64,000 bases of DNA from a virus (taxonomy: Duplodnaviria; Caudoviricetes): IMG/VR virus record IMGVR_UViG_3300031998_000058, positions 1 through 64,000 of that record, one strand, 5' to 3'. The notes beneath the pieces are model-generated. The model had not been told where the DNA came from. It did not search any database and was given only the letters and a program-made list of their open reading frames with translations. Positions 10,100-20,698 of the stretch are shown piece after piece (position 1 is the first letter of the stretch; each line of letters opens with the position of its first letter). The position numbers were made by a program, and so were the translations under genes.

Positions 10100-13000
10100 T
10101 CATCTGGCAGTTGCCACGTAACTCTTTAATTCTCTAGACATCTTCGCAAGCTCGTATACTGTTGTGCGCTGGGCTTCAGCTTCTGACAATGAAACATCTC
10201 CGAATTTGTACACGTCTCCGTTTATCTGCTCACCCACGCTTGTTGTTGCCTTTTTCTTCATATCTTGAGTCGCGCCTGCTCCATATAGCATGTTCAACTC
10301 ATTTACACGGTCTTTGAAGATGCTGTCTGCCTTCGGGTTTAACATGGCTTTTGTCAGTTCAGGCGGAAGTACCATCTCGTCTTCTTTGGTAGCCTTGATT
10401 CCACCAAGTCCTTTTAAAATACCTCCCGAATCGTACTCAGGAACATCAAGCCACAAATTCGGAGTCGATATCGAATATCCAGTACCTTGCAGGATTTTAC
10501 TGAGTGCCTGGATGGTGGAATACATAGCTTCCGTCGCATTTTCCCCCAATGCTTTAAGAGCATGTCCTAACGACTCTGCCGGTTCTGTCAGTTCATCAAT
10601 GACTTTCTGCCATGGTTCAATCAGCTTGTCATACTTTTCATTGATTGCGGCTTCTGCAGCCTCATATTCTTTTTCCTCGTAGTATTCATCAATGTCATCC
10701 TGCGCTGATTGGACTTCTTTCTCAGCCGCTTCTACATCCTGTGCGTTCGCGACCCACTCCCACTGTCCTTTAGCAGCATTCCAGACACGGACATTCCGTT
10801 CTGCTCTGGCGTTTGCAAGCCTTTCCTTTGCTTCCGCCAATGCAAGCTCTTTTGCTTCCAGCTCATTCTGCTCTTTCTTAGCGTCACGGGCTGCTTTCAG
10901 TTTTTCCAGTTCGGCATCACGTTTTTCATTGATCTTGTCGATCTTTCGTTCTGCTGCGGCTATTACCCTGTCGTATAACTCCTGCTCTTCGTCTTTGATG
11001 TCCTGTTCTATCTGATACAGTTCCGCGCGAACTTTGTTGATTTCTTCAGCAGGAGCCTTTGCCGCTTTCATGGCTGCAATCTGTGCTTTGAGGGCAGCCT
11101 GGATCTCACGCTGTTTGGCGATTTGCTTTCTGAGTGGGGCATCTTTTGCCTCCAACACATCAAGCTGGGATTTCAGAAGCGATACCTCACCTTCTGCTTC
11201 TTCGACCGCCATGTCTTTGATATCCTGTTCTAGCTCAAGCTTTTCTTTGAGAAGACGGTTGATCTCTTCTTCATGGCCGCCCATCGTTTCCAGCAGCGCA
11301 ATCTGCTCTTCAAGGTTATCGACGATTTCCTGTTCTTTCGCCTGGCGTTCAGATAATGGACGATCCTGTGCTTCCATCAGCTCCAGTTCTGATTTCAGAA
11401 GAGACTGTTTTTCCTCAAGTTCTTTCTTGGCAAGCTCATCTGCTTCTTTCAGCATTGCAAAATACTCTGCATAGAGCTTGTTAATCTCTGCCTGGTCTCC
11501 GCCTGTCTGCTCAAGATAATGAGCCTGCTCTAAGATGGCAGCCGCTACTTGCTCAGTCAGTTCCTTCTGACGTGCATACCCTTCGTTGATGTCCCCGCAG
11601 TATTCGTAGATTGCCTTTGAGTATTCCAGCCATGATTTCGCAAGTTCGACACCGGATTTAAGCGCTTCCAACGTTTCATCAGTTGTGGTTGTAGTTGTTC
11701 CAGTCTGACGAAAGCCTTGTGAGCTGTCCGATGATTTAGATTTATCATTGCTGTCTGATGCAGGAGGAGTGTATCTTTGAGATGTTCCCTGATCATAAGC
11801 CGGGACTCCGCTGCGCTGAAGTATATCCTTCGTTTGCTCTGCATTAAAGACTTTTGCATCTTTCTGAAGCACGGTAATGACAGGCTTGCCACCACCGGCA
11901 ATCCTTGCCTGTCCATCTTCGACGATCAGTTCAGGACCATTACCATCATTTACAAGCGCCATGCCGCCGCTTGATCCTTCCGTCCCCTCTGCATCCGCTT
12001 CTATTCCTTTGAAGGGCGTTTGCTGAACGTCAATTCTTATTTTATGTGTAGTGCTTGTAAGAGCTGAAAGAACGCTTACGATTTGCGACAGTTTCTGCTG
12101 TGCCGGTGTGATGTTCGCATCAACGGTTACTTCCGGGGCTAGTTCATCAACATCATCTGCTTCCTCCGTAACCTCTTCCATGCCATCAGTAGCATTTTCA
12201 GTGTTGCTATCAACAGTTACTGTAGCATCTGCTGATCCATCACGGATGCTCTTAAGCCGCGCTTCCAGCCCTGCAAGGATTGTTTCTGCGTTTTCTAATT
12301 GTTCTGCTTTTACATCTACACTGATGTTCTCATTATTATTGAGTTCATCCATGTATTGTTTGATATAGCCTATTTGTTCGGTGAGCTTAACGACATCGGT
12401 TGTATCAAAGTTGATTTTACCCATGCGCTCCAGCAATTCGCAGACCACATGCATGTGGTCTCCAACAGATATCGCAGTATTGTCGGCCTCCTCAAGCGTT
12501 GCGTCTACATCAGCTATTAGGCCCTTATCATCAAGCTTAAAAATCTCTTCAACGGTCCACTCCCCATCTTTGAGCGCTGCATCCAATATTCCGTGAAGAT
12601 ATGAAGCAACCGCTTCCGACGTTAGCTCTTCAGGCTGTCCTGTTCCTGTTTGTAACATTGGCGAATAAGCGATTGTGATCACTTGGTCGCCTATTCCAAA
12701 CCCCATGCTTCCGCCTTTTACGGTCGAATGAGAACCGTCTTCATTGATCTGCACTTCTCTGTCGCTTAGATCAATATTTCCGAACTTAACAAATTCTTCA
12801 TAGGCTTTCTGTGCAGTGTTAATCAGGCGTTGTGTCTTCTTATCTGTTTTTTCTATGGCGGAATCAACACCGGACAGATCGAAATCCGTGTTTGTGTCTT
12901 CTGAAGCCTCTGATACCTCTGCTACATCATCATATAATTCCCGGACATGTTCTTTTGCGGTTTCGACATCACCATAATCCACAGTGAACTTTAGTTTGTC

Positions 13001-16000
13001 AGATTCGTTGATCTTATCGACGTATTCCAGCGCCTCATCCAGCTCCACCCCGGCTTCTTGGAGTGCAGTGATAAATGGCTCGAGCGCAATGGCGTCATCT
13101 GCACCTAACGCACCAGCTTCTTTAGCAAACTTCTTGATCTCGGTCTCGGACATATTGAGACCTTCGTTCCATGCAGACAACGCATCACGGATTATTTCTA
13201 TTCCTTCAGCCGACCAACCAAGTGCCTCTGCCAGCAGCTCGTAGTCTTCAATCAGCCAGTCAATCTGCCCGGTTTCTTCGTCAAGATGTATAGACGCTGC
13301 GATTTCATCACCCTTTTTGATGATGCGGTTCCCGAGGTCGTCCATCTCGCTTGTCCAACCGTTAAAGAACTCTTCTCCAGATGCGCCCCATAAAGCCTCC
13401 AGGAACTTAGCGCCCATGTCCTCTCCGCCGGTAGCCTGCCACACACCATCTTCATCAAGATAGCCAGCAAACTCTTTCATGAATGAGGACGCAATCAGGT
13501 CAGCTTTGCTCTTTCCATTCTTCTTGGCTTCGGCAATAGCTTCCGGGCTGAACAACAGATCTGCGAGAGCACTAATATAGGTAGAGTCTTTCAGACCCTT
13601 CTCAATATCTTTCAGGGCATTCTCGACAGCCTTGTTGAGTTCTTTATAATCGTCGCCCTTCATCTCTTTGATGGCTTCCTGATACTCTTCGAGGGCTGTC
13701 TTTGCATCTTCGGCGGCGTCGGTCACTTCGTTTAATGACTCAGCGAGCGGGCTGTCTGCAACTCCTTCTGCCGCATCAGCCGTTCCGTTCATAACGTCAT
13801 TCAATGTTTCCTGGGCGGCTATAAGCGGGTCTAATGTTTCCGCCCATTCATCTATCACTTTAACTGCGTCATCGTATTTTTTCTTTGCTTCCGGCGCAGA
13901 CTTAGCCAGATTCGTAAAGAAATCTATCTTCCCTGCCGCTTTCTTATCTAATGCGTCTCTATATTCGATAGCGCGTTTATACGCATCTATCAGTGCATCT
14001 ATCTCTTCGTCGGTGTCAAATCGCTCAGACAAAGTTTTTTGCCATCCGGATGCCGCCATCCTGGACGCGGGATTACCCCATACTTTAGCAAGGTCCCAAG
14101 CATAATCCGGCATGCCCTGAGTTTTTTCCTGTAACGCCTGTTTTGCTTTCAGCACTGCTTGTTCAGCACTTGTCTGCATATCCTCACGTTTTTTCGCGAT
14201 GAGGTCTTCGTATGCGCCGGTCAAATCGACAACCGCACCTTTTTCAATCCCCATTGCATCTTTAAGGGCCGCAGATGCAGAGTTCAGTTCTTGGCTTGTT
14301 GCCAAGCCTTTCTCGTGTAATGCTTCGGTTTCCTGATATGCTTCATATAGTTCTTCAAGCGTGGCAATTTCGCTCTGCGCTGATTCGGCGCTTTCTCGAA
14401 ATGCTTTAGACTCTTCTATCAAGCCATCAACGACTTCTTGCTGTTCTTGTGTGAATTTGTTATACAACATTATCGTTGTGGTAAATGCTGCCGTAACAGC
14501 CGTTATACCCAACGCAACCATATTGAAGGTATTCGCTTGAATTGTTGCTTTACGATATTCCTCTTTAGTCAGTTCCAGGTTGTTCTTTAACCCGGCATAC
14601 GATCCTTTAAGCGTTTCTAACTGAGCTGAAAGTTTTTGATACTCTGCGCTGTTTTGCTGGCCGTTCTGTGCCAAGAGCTGCATCTGTTGCGTAACAGACG
14701 AAACTTCTCGTGTATACTGATAAATAGCATTTTTTGCAGCAGAAAAGTCTTGGGCCATCTCTTTCGCAACGTTACCCAGTGAAATTGCCTTCTTGAACGC
14801 TTTAATAGATGCTAAGACTCCGCCTGTAGTAGCAAGCATGTTTCCAAGGTTCCCATATAAGTCAAGCACCTTAGTAAGCCCTTCGATAACGCCTTTAAAG
14901 AAATCGCTCTTTAATGTCTTTGCGACAAACTCTGTCCATGTATTGCTAAGGATTTTGGTTTTTGCTTCCCATGAATCAAGCATTGTGGAAACTTCTGCAT
15001 CTGCAGTTCCGGCAGCTGTCCCCATGCCTTCAAGCATCTCTTTATAAGTGCCCCACTGTTTCAGCAAGGCGTCTAACTGGTTTACACGTAGCTTTCCGCC
15101 CAGAGCCATTTCAATCTGTGCCAGCCCAGACTTTGTAAGATCATGCTTTTCATACGCAGTGGCCAAGGCATCTAAAGCCTTCATGGGATTGATCAGATCA
15201 CCGGTGGCTTCAGCCGCTTTTACGACATCAGGAGCATACTTATTCAAGGCATCACGGAGACCGTTGATTTGATCCTTAGTAACCGTAACACCCTCTTCTA
15301 CTTCCTCAGTTGTATCTCCCAGAATGTTCAGGATCAGAGCACGAGATGCCGTAGCCGCCCTGGAAGCAGTCTCCTGCGTGGTAGCGGTAATTGTTCCGAG
15401 CATCGCCATAGTTTCTTCAGCAGTCATTCCGGCCATGCTTGCAACGGAAGCAACCCTCGGAAAACCTTCTGCAAGTTTATCAAGGGTTGTAGCGTAATTG
15501 TTGTTGATATAGTCAGCCTGGTCTACCAGCATAGACAGCTGCTCTATATTCCCTCCAAAGCCAAAAGCCTTATCTCCGGCAATCAGGAACTTATCAGCTA
15601 CTTCCTGAGTGGTATCACCAACGAGCATAGTCTTAGTGGACAGCTCGGCCATTTCATCAGCGGTATCCGCAAATCCGGCTTTCGTATATTCATATACTGC
15701 CGCCATGTATTCGCTGGCCAGAATCCCGTATCTGCTGGCTGTTTCATATGCAGTGTCTTCCAGCCACTTTACGTCTTCTTTGCTTTGCCCTGTGACTTTT
15801 CGAATGTTGGTCAACTCTGTGTCAACCTTTTGCATTTCCTGAACAGCGTTTGCAAAGGCAGAAGCCACACCATTAATAGCCCCCTGGATCGCGGACCACT
15901 TTATTTTTGAAGTGATGGCTGTACCAAGATCAGATACGCTTCTTGTTGTGTCCTTAGTGATACTGTTCATCTTGCCCATGGTGTTCGCTGTGTTGTCGAG

Positions 16001-16366
16001 CTGCTGAGCGTTGACACCTATGTTGACAGTCCTTGGTTTTTCAAGTTCCTTAATGCGTGCTTCGAATGGCTCAAGTTTTGACGTATCTGCCTGGACATTG
16101 ACTTTGGCCGTATGATCCTTTTGAACGGCCTTTAGGCGCCCCTCAAGAGTTTTCAGTTTTCCCTCGTTAGTGTTGACTTTGACGTTAACGCCATGTGCTT
16201 TTTCAAGCGCTTTAATCCGAGTCTCTAATGTACGTAAAGACTCGGTTTTTGCCTCAACCTTAACAGTGACAATATGCTGCTTCCCTGTCAGGGTCTTCAG
16301 CTTGTTTTCTAAGGTCTTTAAACTTGAATCATTTACTTGAACTCTAAGGGTAAGTGTGGCTGCCAT
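10100..16366 (-). CDS. tail tape measure protein
   Basis: 2088 aa, Ala/Glu/Lys-rich helical; TP901-like segment (VDTELTNIRKVTG); coiled-coil C-half. Confidence 0.92.
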   Translation of the reverse strand: MAATLTLRVQVNDSSLKTLENKLKTLTGKQHIVTVKVEAKTESLRTLETRIKALEKAHGVNVKVNTNEGKLKTLEGRLKAVQKDHTAKVNVQADTSKLEPFEARIKELEKPRTVNIGVNAQQLDNTANTMGKMNSITKDTTRSVSDLGTAITSKIKWSAIQGAINGVASAFANAVQEMQKVDTELTNIRKVTGQSKEDVKWLEDTAYETASRYGILASEYMAAVYEYTKAGFADTADEMAELSTKTMLVGDTTQEVADKFLIAGDKAFGFGGNIEQLSMLVDQADYINNNYATTLDKLAEGFPRVASVASMAGMTAEETMAMLGTITATTQETASRAATASRALILNILGDTTEEVEEGVTVTKDQINGLRDALNKYAPDVVKAAEATGDLINPMKALDALATAYEKHDLTKSGLAQIEMALGGKLRVNQLDALLKQWGTYKEMLEGMGTAAGTADAEVSTMLDSWEAKTKILSNTWTEFVAKTLKSDFFKGVIEGLTKVLDLYGNLGNMLATTGGVLASIKAFKKAISLGNVAKEMAQDFSAAKNAIYQYTREVSSVTQQMQLLAQNGQQNSAEYQKLSAQLETLKGSYAGLKNNLELTKEEYRKATIQANTFNMVALGITAVTAAFTTTIMLYNKFTQEQQEVVDGLIEESKAFRESAESAQSEIATLEELYEAYQETEALHEKGLATSQELNSASAALKDAMGIEKGAVVDLTGAYEDLIAKKREDMQTSAEQAVLKAKQALQEKTQGMPDYAWDLAKVWGNPASRMAASGWQKTLSERFDTDEEIDALIDAYKRAIEYRDALDKKAAGKIDFFTNLAKSAPEAKKKYDDAVKVIDEWAETLDPLIAAQETLNDVMNGTADAAEGVADSPLAESLNEVTDAAEDAKTALEEYQEAIKEMKGDDYKELNKAVENALKDIEKGLKDSTYISALADLLFSPEAIAEAKKNGKSKADLIASSFMKEFAGYLDEDGVWQATGGEDMGAKFLEALWGASGEEFFNGWTSEMDDLGNRIIKKGDEIAASIHLDEETGQIDWLIEDYELLAEALGWSAEGIEIIRDALSAWNEGLNMSETEIKKFAKEAGALGADDAIALEPFITALQEAGVELDEALEYVDKINESDKLKFTVDYGDVETAKEHVRELYDDVAEVSEASEDTNTDFDLSGVDSAIEKTDKKTQRLINTAQKAYEEFVKFGNIDLSDREVQINEDGSHSTVKGGSMGFGIGDQVITIAYSPMLQTGTGQPEELTSEAVASYLHGILDAALKDGEWTVEEIFKLDDKGLIADVDATLEEADNTAISVGDHMHVVCELLERMGKINFDTTDVVKLTEQIGYIKQYMDELNNNENISVDVKAEQLENAETILAGLEARLKSIRDGSADATVTVDSNTENATDGMEEVTEEADDVDELAPEVTVDANITPAQQKLSQIVSVLSALTSTTHKIRIDVQQTPFKGIEADAEGTEGSSGGMALVNDGNGPELIVEDGQARIAGGGKPVITVLQKDAKVFNAEQTKDILQRSGVPAYDQGTSQRYTPPASDSNDKSKSSDSSQGFRQTGTTTTTTDETLEALKSGVELAKSWLEYSKAIYEYCGDINEGYARQKELTEQVAAAILEQAHYLEQTGGDQAEINKLYAEYFAMLKEADELAKKELEEKQSLLKSELELMEAQDRPLSERQAKEQEIVDNLEEQIALLETMGGHEEEINRLLKEKLELEQDIKDMAVEEAEGEVSLLKSQLDVLEAKDAPLRKQIAKQREIQAALKAQIAAMKAAKAPAEEINKVRAELYQIEQDIKDEEQELYDRVIAAAERKIDKINEKRDAELEKLKAARDAKKEQNELEAKELALAEAKERLANARAERNVRVWNAAKGQWEWVANAQDVEAAEKEVQSAQDDIDEYYEEKEYEAAEAAINEKYDKLIEPWQKVIDELTEPAESLGHALKALGENATEAMYSTIQALSKILQGTGYSISTPNLWLDVPEYDSGGILKGLGGIKATKEDEMVLPPELTKAMLNPKADSIFKDRVNELNMLYGAGATQDMKKKATTSVGEQINGDVYKFGDVSLSEAEAQRTTVYELAKMSRELKSYVATAR

Positions 16367-16383
16367 TGATTATCTCCTGCTTT

Positions 16384-16827
16384 TCAAAAGCCCCTAAGAA
16401 CTAATTGATGTTTAAGTTCGTTTGCGAACCTTTCCTCGTACTTTTCTTCTGCGTCTTCCATGAATGGACGAGCCCCCGCGCCGTGCATCTCCTCACCGAT
16501 TTCAACAGCCTCTCCCAAAGGTATTCCGGTTTTCTGTGCATCTTCACTTGTTTGCCATGGGGCAGTCGCTTCAATTATCAATGTCATTTCAAGAGAATCC
16601 CCAATGTAAGTGGTGGTTAATTTAGGAGTTAGGTTGGCTCGATCCTGCAAGCCGCCTTGTTTTTTTCGTCTATAAGGATCAAGTTCTTCCCGTTTATACG
16701 AATAGACGTTTTCGTCCATGACTTCCTGAATGGTTTCCTGTACGCTCCGTTCAATTTCATGCGTCATGGCTCCTTCAATCGCATGTATCAAAGTGCCTTG
16801 GTATTCCGCAACTGATGAAAAGTCCAT
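16384..16827 (-). CDS. HK97 gp10-like tail/neck component
   Basis: start moved to MDFSS (AAGAGGTG RBS); C-terminal GARPFMEDA motif. Confidence 0.6.
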   Translation of the reverse strand: MDFSSVAEYQGTLIHAIEGAMTHEIERSVQETIQEVMDENVYSYKREELDPYRRKKQGGLQDRANLTPKLTTTYIGDSLEMTLIIEATAPWQTSEDAQKTGIPLGEAVEIGEEMHGAGARPFMEDAEEKYEERFANELKHQLVLRGF

Positions 16828-16846
16828 GTGATCACCTCTTCTTTCA

Positions 16847-16913
16847 CATATGCGATAACACAACGCTTTGTGTTATCGCATATGCCTCTGTCCCCGCGAA
16901 AAGGGACAGAGGC
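16847..16913 (-). promoter_or_regulatory. tandem hairpins 3' of the major tail gene (11-bp stem plus perfect 16-bp inverted repeat)
   Basis: gcctctgtccc/gggacagaggc (16884-16913) and catatgcgataacaca/tgtgttatcgcatatg (16847-16884); no U-tract. Confidence 0.8.
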
Positions 16914-16942
16914 TACAGGGGGAGATGTATGGATAACTGCTG

Positions 16943-18067
16943 TTATGAAGCAGCTTCCACGCTGATATTTACCGGACAGGTGAATTCATTGCCGGCACTG
17001 TCGGTATACTTGACAGTGACTTCTGTATCACCTTCCGCTATGCCTTCTACTAACCCGGAAGTGCTTACGCTTGCATAGGTGTTTCCGCCACTCGCAAGCG
17101 TGTAAGTGAAGCCCTGGGAATAGCTGGAGGGTTTCGCTGTTGATCCGTCACCGTAAACGAACACGGTCGGAATACGTGCTTCCTCACCAACCACTACAGA
17201 AACCTCTCCGCCCATTACAGCAAGTCCCTGAAGCGCCTGTGCGTCATCATCGGGAGCATATACGTAGTAAGCAAGTGTAGAGGTATCGCAGTCTGAGCAG
17301 ACAGAAGATACGACAGACGCATCATAGGCAAGAGCCTGACCGGAAACCTTAGTGGTATCGTTCTGGCCCTGGTCGCCGGTGATTCCACCATCAGCCTGCA
17401 GTTTGAGGAACGGGATAGTCAGATAGATCCAGCCTACTCTGGTGCCCTGAGTAGATCCACCGGAAAGGTTGCTGTAAACAGCAATCTGCGCTTCGAAACG
17501 AACCACTTTCGGGTCGATCAGAGACTGGATGGTAGCAATCTGCGCAGAGGTGTTCTGTACATCGTACCATACCTTATATGTCTTTCCTGAAACAGCTGTA
17601 AAACCACTGATATCACCTTCCTCGCTGATCTGATAAGCAACACCATCGGTGAGCATAAGGCTCTTCGCACCGACTTCCTGGACGTAGCAGATGGCCTCGC
17701 TGTTTCCCAGTTTCGCAACCGGAACGCCTTCTGATACGTTGATACTGAGTGATTCTCCGGAAGCAGTAACAATCTGGCATCTCGGGACCGGAGCTGAATA
17801 GCTGAAGCGTGCTCCCATCTGGGCAGCCTTCGCCCACAGGGAGAAGTCAGCCGCTTCGAAGCCAACCGCGATGCTTGAGTCTGAGGGGATCATGGCAGCA
17901 ATGGGGTTGCCTAATCCAGCCCTGATCTCGTTTAAGTTGGTGCTGGGTGTGATTGATCCCACGCTTGTCTTATTAGTTTGGTAATAGATATCCCCTGTTT
18001 TTACGTCTGAAAGAATGACGTTACAAGTACCCTTTGCATAGAGTCTCTCATCATTAAATGTAATCAT
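16943..18067 (-). CDS. major tail (tube) protein with C-terminal Ig-like (Big_2) domain
   Basis: 374 aa, position; C-terminal ASVSTSGLVEGIAEGDTEVTVKY Ig motif. Confidence 0.75.
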   Translation of the reverse strand: MITFNDERLYAKGTCNVILSDVKTGDIYYQTNKTSVGSITPSTNLNEIRAGLGNPIAAMIPSDSSIAVGFEAADFSLWAKAAQMGARFSYSAPVPRCQIVTASGESLSINVSEGVPVAKLGNSEAICYVQEVGAKSLMLTDGVAYQISEEGDISGFTAVSGKTYKVWYDVQNTSAQIATIQSLIDPKVVRFEAQIAVYSNLSGGSTQGTRVGWIYLTIPFLKLQADGGITGDQGQNDTTKVSGQALAYDASVVSSVCSDCDTSTLAYYVYAPDDDAQALQGLAVMGGEVSVVVGEEARIPTVFVYGDGSTAKPSSYSQGFTYTLASGGNTYASVSTSGLVEGIAEGDTEVTVKYTDSAGNEFTCPVNISVEAAS

Positions 18068-18119
18068 GTATCTATTCTCCTTAATATGATCAGATAATCT
18101 TCGGTTACGTCTTGAGGAC

Positions 18120-18953
18120 TTATATCGCCCCGGCGTCTTTCATCGCCTGCATTCCTGCTCCGTTTGCAAATTTATTCAGGTCCACCAAGGCATCTGAGCT
18201 GTCCTTAATCCTCTGGAAGAATGGATGTGGTGTCGGATTTCCGCCTTTCCACTTTGCGCCTGATCCTTCTGCGATAGCGCATACCTGATAATCAATGATC
18301 CGTTTGTGCATCTTCAGAAGTCTCGTCAACCGCAGTACCGGCCATTGGTAAATCTCTTTTTCAGAGACACCGCTCAGCACTACGGCAGCATCGACCATAT
18401 CAGTCTTTTTGGCGTCAAGCTTTACTGCTCCTTTTTCCGCCAGGTCCTTCTCCGCTTGTACGAGTTCCGGGTTATCGAGCTCGTCCCGGATCTCGATTCC
18501 GTTCTGAGCTGCAATAATCGGCCTCATCTTCGCAAACTGCGAAGGCGTTATTGTCCTCGTTTCGCCCTGTGCATCTGTAAACATCAGGGCCTTCAGGTTC
18601 GTCGGGTCGTCCACTGAAACTACTTGTTGAAATTGCTCGCATTGTGTTCGTACATCGTCCTGGTCTTTAGCAAGCCGCAGAGCTAAGACCAAAGCAATGA
18701 CTACGCTTGTGAGCAACCCCGTTGCGTTTTTTCCCGCGACAACCCTTTCACGATCCATCTTGAAGAATGCAGATAGCAGTGGGACTGACATTAAATCTAT
18801 CGGCAGTGATTGCTGCATATAGCCGATTCCCGCACTCGCTATCAGATACTCTTCATAGAACTCCACCGTAAATGGGTAGAGTGTGAAGCCTGCTATTTCG
18901 ATTGGTTCATACATTTCAACAAGCTTCTTGTATTTAGCAGGAAGTTCTTTCAC
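18120..18953 (-). CDS. putative tail assembly chaperone
   Basis: 277 aa helical protein next to the MTP; positional inference. Confidence 0.4.
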   Translation of the reverse strand: MKELPAKYKKLVEMYEPIEIAGFTLYPFTVEFYEEYLIASAGIGYMQQSLPIDLMSVPLLSAFFKMDRERVVAGKNATGLLTSVVIALVLALRLAKDQDDVRTQCEQFQQVVSVDDPTNLKALMFTDAQGETRTITPSQFAKMRPIIAAQNGIEIRDELDNPELVQAEKDLAEKGAVKLDAKKTDMVDAAVVLSGVSEKEIYQWPVLRLTRLLKMHKRIIDYQVCAIAEGSGAKWKGGNPTPHPFFQRIKDSSDALVDLNKFANGAGMQAMKDAGAI

Positions 18954-19014
18954 CTGATTGTCTCCTTCCGATGCTGCGTGTAATAAACGAAACTGCTATC
19001 TTCCGTATATGTGC

Positions 19015-19728
19015 TTACCAGCTGACTACCACATCAGTTGGCGTTCCGCTTTCCTGCCAGTCAATAGCAAATATCGTATCCGAATAAATTTGGTCCCCCT
19101 CCGAATGGTACGTCGTATATCCACTGTCTCCGTGAATCGGTTTGCTGTAATGGATCGTACCGATTCCGGCAATGTCTACTCCATGCAATGCCTCAACAAG
19201 ACATTGATGAATAGCAAACGACCTGCTATACGTTGGGGATTTTGTTATATTGTCCAGTGCATAATTCGTTATGATCTGGAAGTCCACTCCCAGGATGACC
19301 TTCAGGTCTGACCTTGGGATGGCATGCGTCATAAAGCACTTAACCAAGATCCTAGCGTCCGTCTCGCTCGGCTTCGTGTATATCTGTCCCATCAGCCTAT
19401 AGCCTTTAGGATGCTTTTCCCGCGACTCTTCCGTAGACAATGTGACATCATCTCCGTTGTAGAGTAAGGACCGTTTCTGATCTGGTGTTGGCAATGGCTG
19501 CGCAAGCGGATTGGCTTCGTCGTACCACAGATATTTCGCAAGCCTTACCCTTGGACGCGTATTGTCATCTTTTGGCACGTATCCATACTTATCAGGAAGA
19601 TCAAGCAGATAAGTCAATAATCTATACGGAATCAGTTCTGCCCCTTTCAGAGACGTAAACTGGTTCGGCTTCTCGTATGGATAGTAAGGACTGTCAAAGT
19701 TCCTCGGTTTCTGATAAGCCATCGGCAT
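19015..19728 (-). CDS. putative tail terminator/completion protein
   Basis: position upstream of MTP; alpha/beta pattern. Confidence 0.45.
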   Translation of the reverse strand: MPMAYQKPRNFDSPYYPYEKPNQFTSLKGAELIPYRLLTYLLDLPDKYGYVPKDDNTRPRVRLAKYLWYDEANPLAQPLPTPDQKRSLLYNGDDVTLSTEESREKHPKGYRLMGQIYTKPSETDARILVKCFMTHAIPRSDLKVILGVDFQIITNYALDNITKSPTYSRSFAIHQCLVEALHGVDIAGIGTIHYSKPIHGDSGYTTYHSEGDQIYSDTIFAIDWQESGTPTDVVVSW

Positions 19729-20290
19729 TACCTTCTCTTTGCTTTTTATATTCTCTGAGTTGTTTTTCGCTCTTCTCTGCCTGCTGAATCACTTTCTCCA
19801 AAGCCTCTGGTGTTGATGATGCTTCCAAATACGCCAGCAGTCGTGTCGCAGAACTGTTCATTGCTTCCAGCAACCCTTTAATATCAGAGTCAAGCCTGTA
19901 TTTCAGTTCTGAATAGTCCGTCAGGATATCAAAACAAGTGTCTCTCAGCGCCGCATTATTCTTCATGCGGTTCATATCTTCAAACACATGCCCTCCGGCA
20001 TACATATCGTACTCAGGTATAGACATTAACCATGGATCATCATCCTCTGTTTCAATCTCTTTCCCGAGATACATCTTGACGAATGCACCCATCAAGAAGC
20101 GGCTGCGCCGATCCGTGTTGACTTTGTAACAGGACGGTAATGCGCTGTTCAGGCTTTCGCTGTTGGCCGTGATATCCAAAGTGTCAAAGCACTTGGTTGC
20201 CGTCTCGTTGATAAAAGCCATCTTGTCTACGGTCGATACATACGTAACTGCATTCCTCACATCATCATCAGTAAGCTTGTAAAACTCCAT
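19694..20290 (-). CDS. hypothetical tail-operon protein
   Basis: start moved to MEFYKL (GGAGG RBS). Confidence 0.55.
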   Translation of the reverse strand: MEFYKLTDDDVRNAVTYVSTVDKMAFINETATKCFDTLDITANSESLNSALPSCYKVNTDRRSRFLMGAFVKMYLGKEIETEDDDPWLMSIPEYDMYAGGHVFEDMNRMKNNAALRDTCFDILTDYSELKYRLDSDIKGLLEAMNSSATRLLAYLEASSTPEALEKVIQQAEKSEKQLREYKKQREGNADGLSETEEL

Positions 20291-20347
20291 GCGTCTTTCC
20301 TCCATCTTCTTCTCGCATAAGTTTATTGATGTATATATCAACGCCGA

Positions 20348-20527
20348 TTATTTAACGGCGGGTTTTTCTTTTTTGGGGCAGGATACGCCGGTGCAATTTA
20401 TCTCCCACTGACCTGTATTCTGGCAAAACTTCTGATGACCGCAGTAATCCATTTTGCCCTCGATAGCCCTACAGTGGATGGATACATCTCCCCGTTTCTT
20501 GTAAGCGTGTTTGCATTTGCAAGCCAT
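20348..20527 (-). CDS. small Cys/His-rich protein (59 aa)
   Basis: start moved to MACKCKH (GGAG RBS) downstream of leader terminator. Confidence 0.6.
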   Translation of the reverse strand: MACKCKHAYKKRGDVSIHCRAIEGKMDYCGHQKFCQNTGQWEINCTGVSCPKKEKPAVK

Positions 20528-20554
20528 TGTTTGTAATCTCCGATTTATCAAAAT

Positions 20555-20634
20555 AAAAAAGGGCCAACGCACCCTGGAACTAACCAAAGTGAGTTGACCC
20601 TTGTTGGTCGTTGCTGTGTCCTTGTTGACAGAGC
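20555..20634 (-). promoter_or_regulatory. late-region hairpin-linker-terminator element, copy 1
   Basis: GCUCUGUC-AACAAG-GACACAGC, linker AACGACCAACAA, GGG-started long stem, U6. Confidence 0.85.
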
Positions 20635-20660
20635 CAAATATATAAACTATATCATATTGA

Positions 20661-20689
20661 ATTATAACATAACATAATGCAATTTGTAT
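20661..20689 (-). promoter_or_regulatory. putative extended -10 promoter (TATGTTATAAT; ATACAA at -35 position, 17-bp spacer)
   Basis: read on - strand; same layout as promoter at 28102-28130. Confidence 0.65.
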
Positions 20690-20698
20690 AGTGTTTAT

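Noticed and set aside
10290-15910. Long + strand ORFs opposite the tape measure (and similar ones opposite capsid, terminase and fibre genes)
   Set aside because: Antisense shadows of biased codon usage; Ser-rich, no RBS or motifs.
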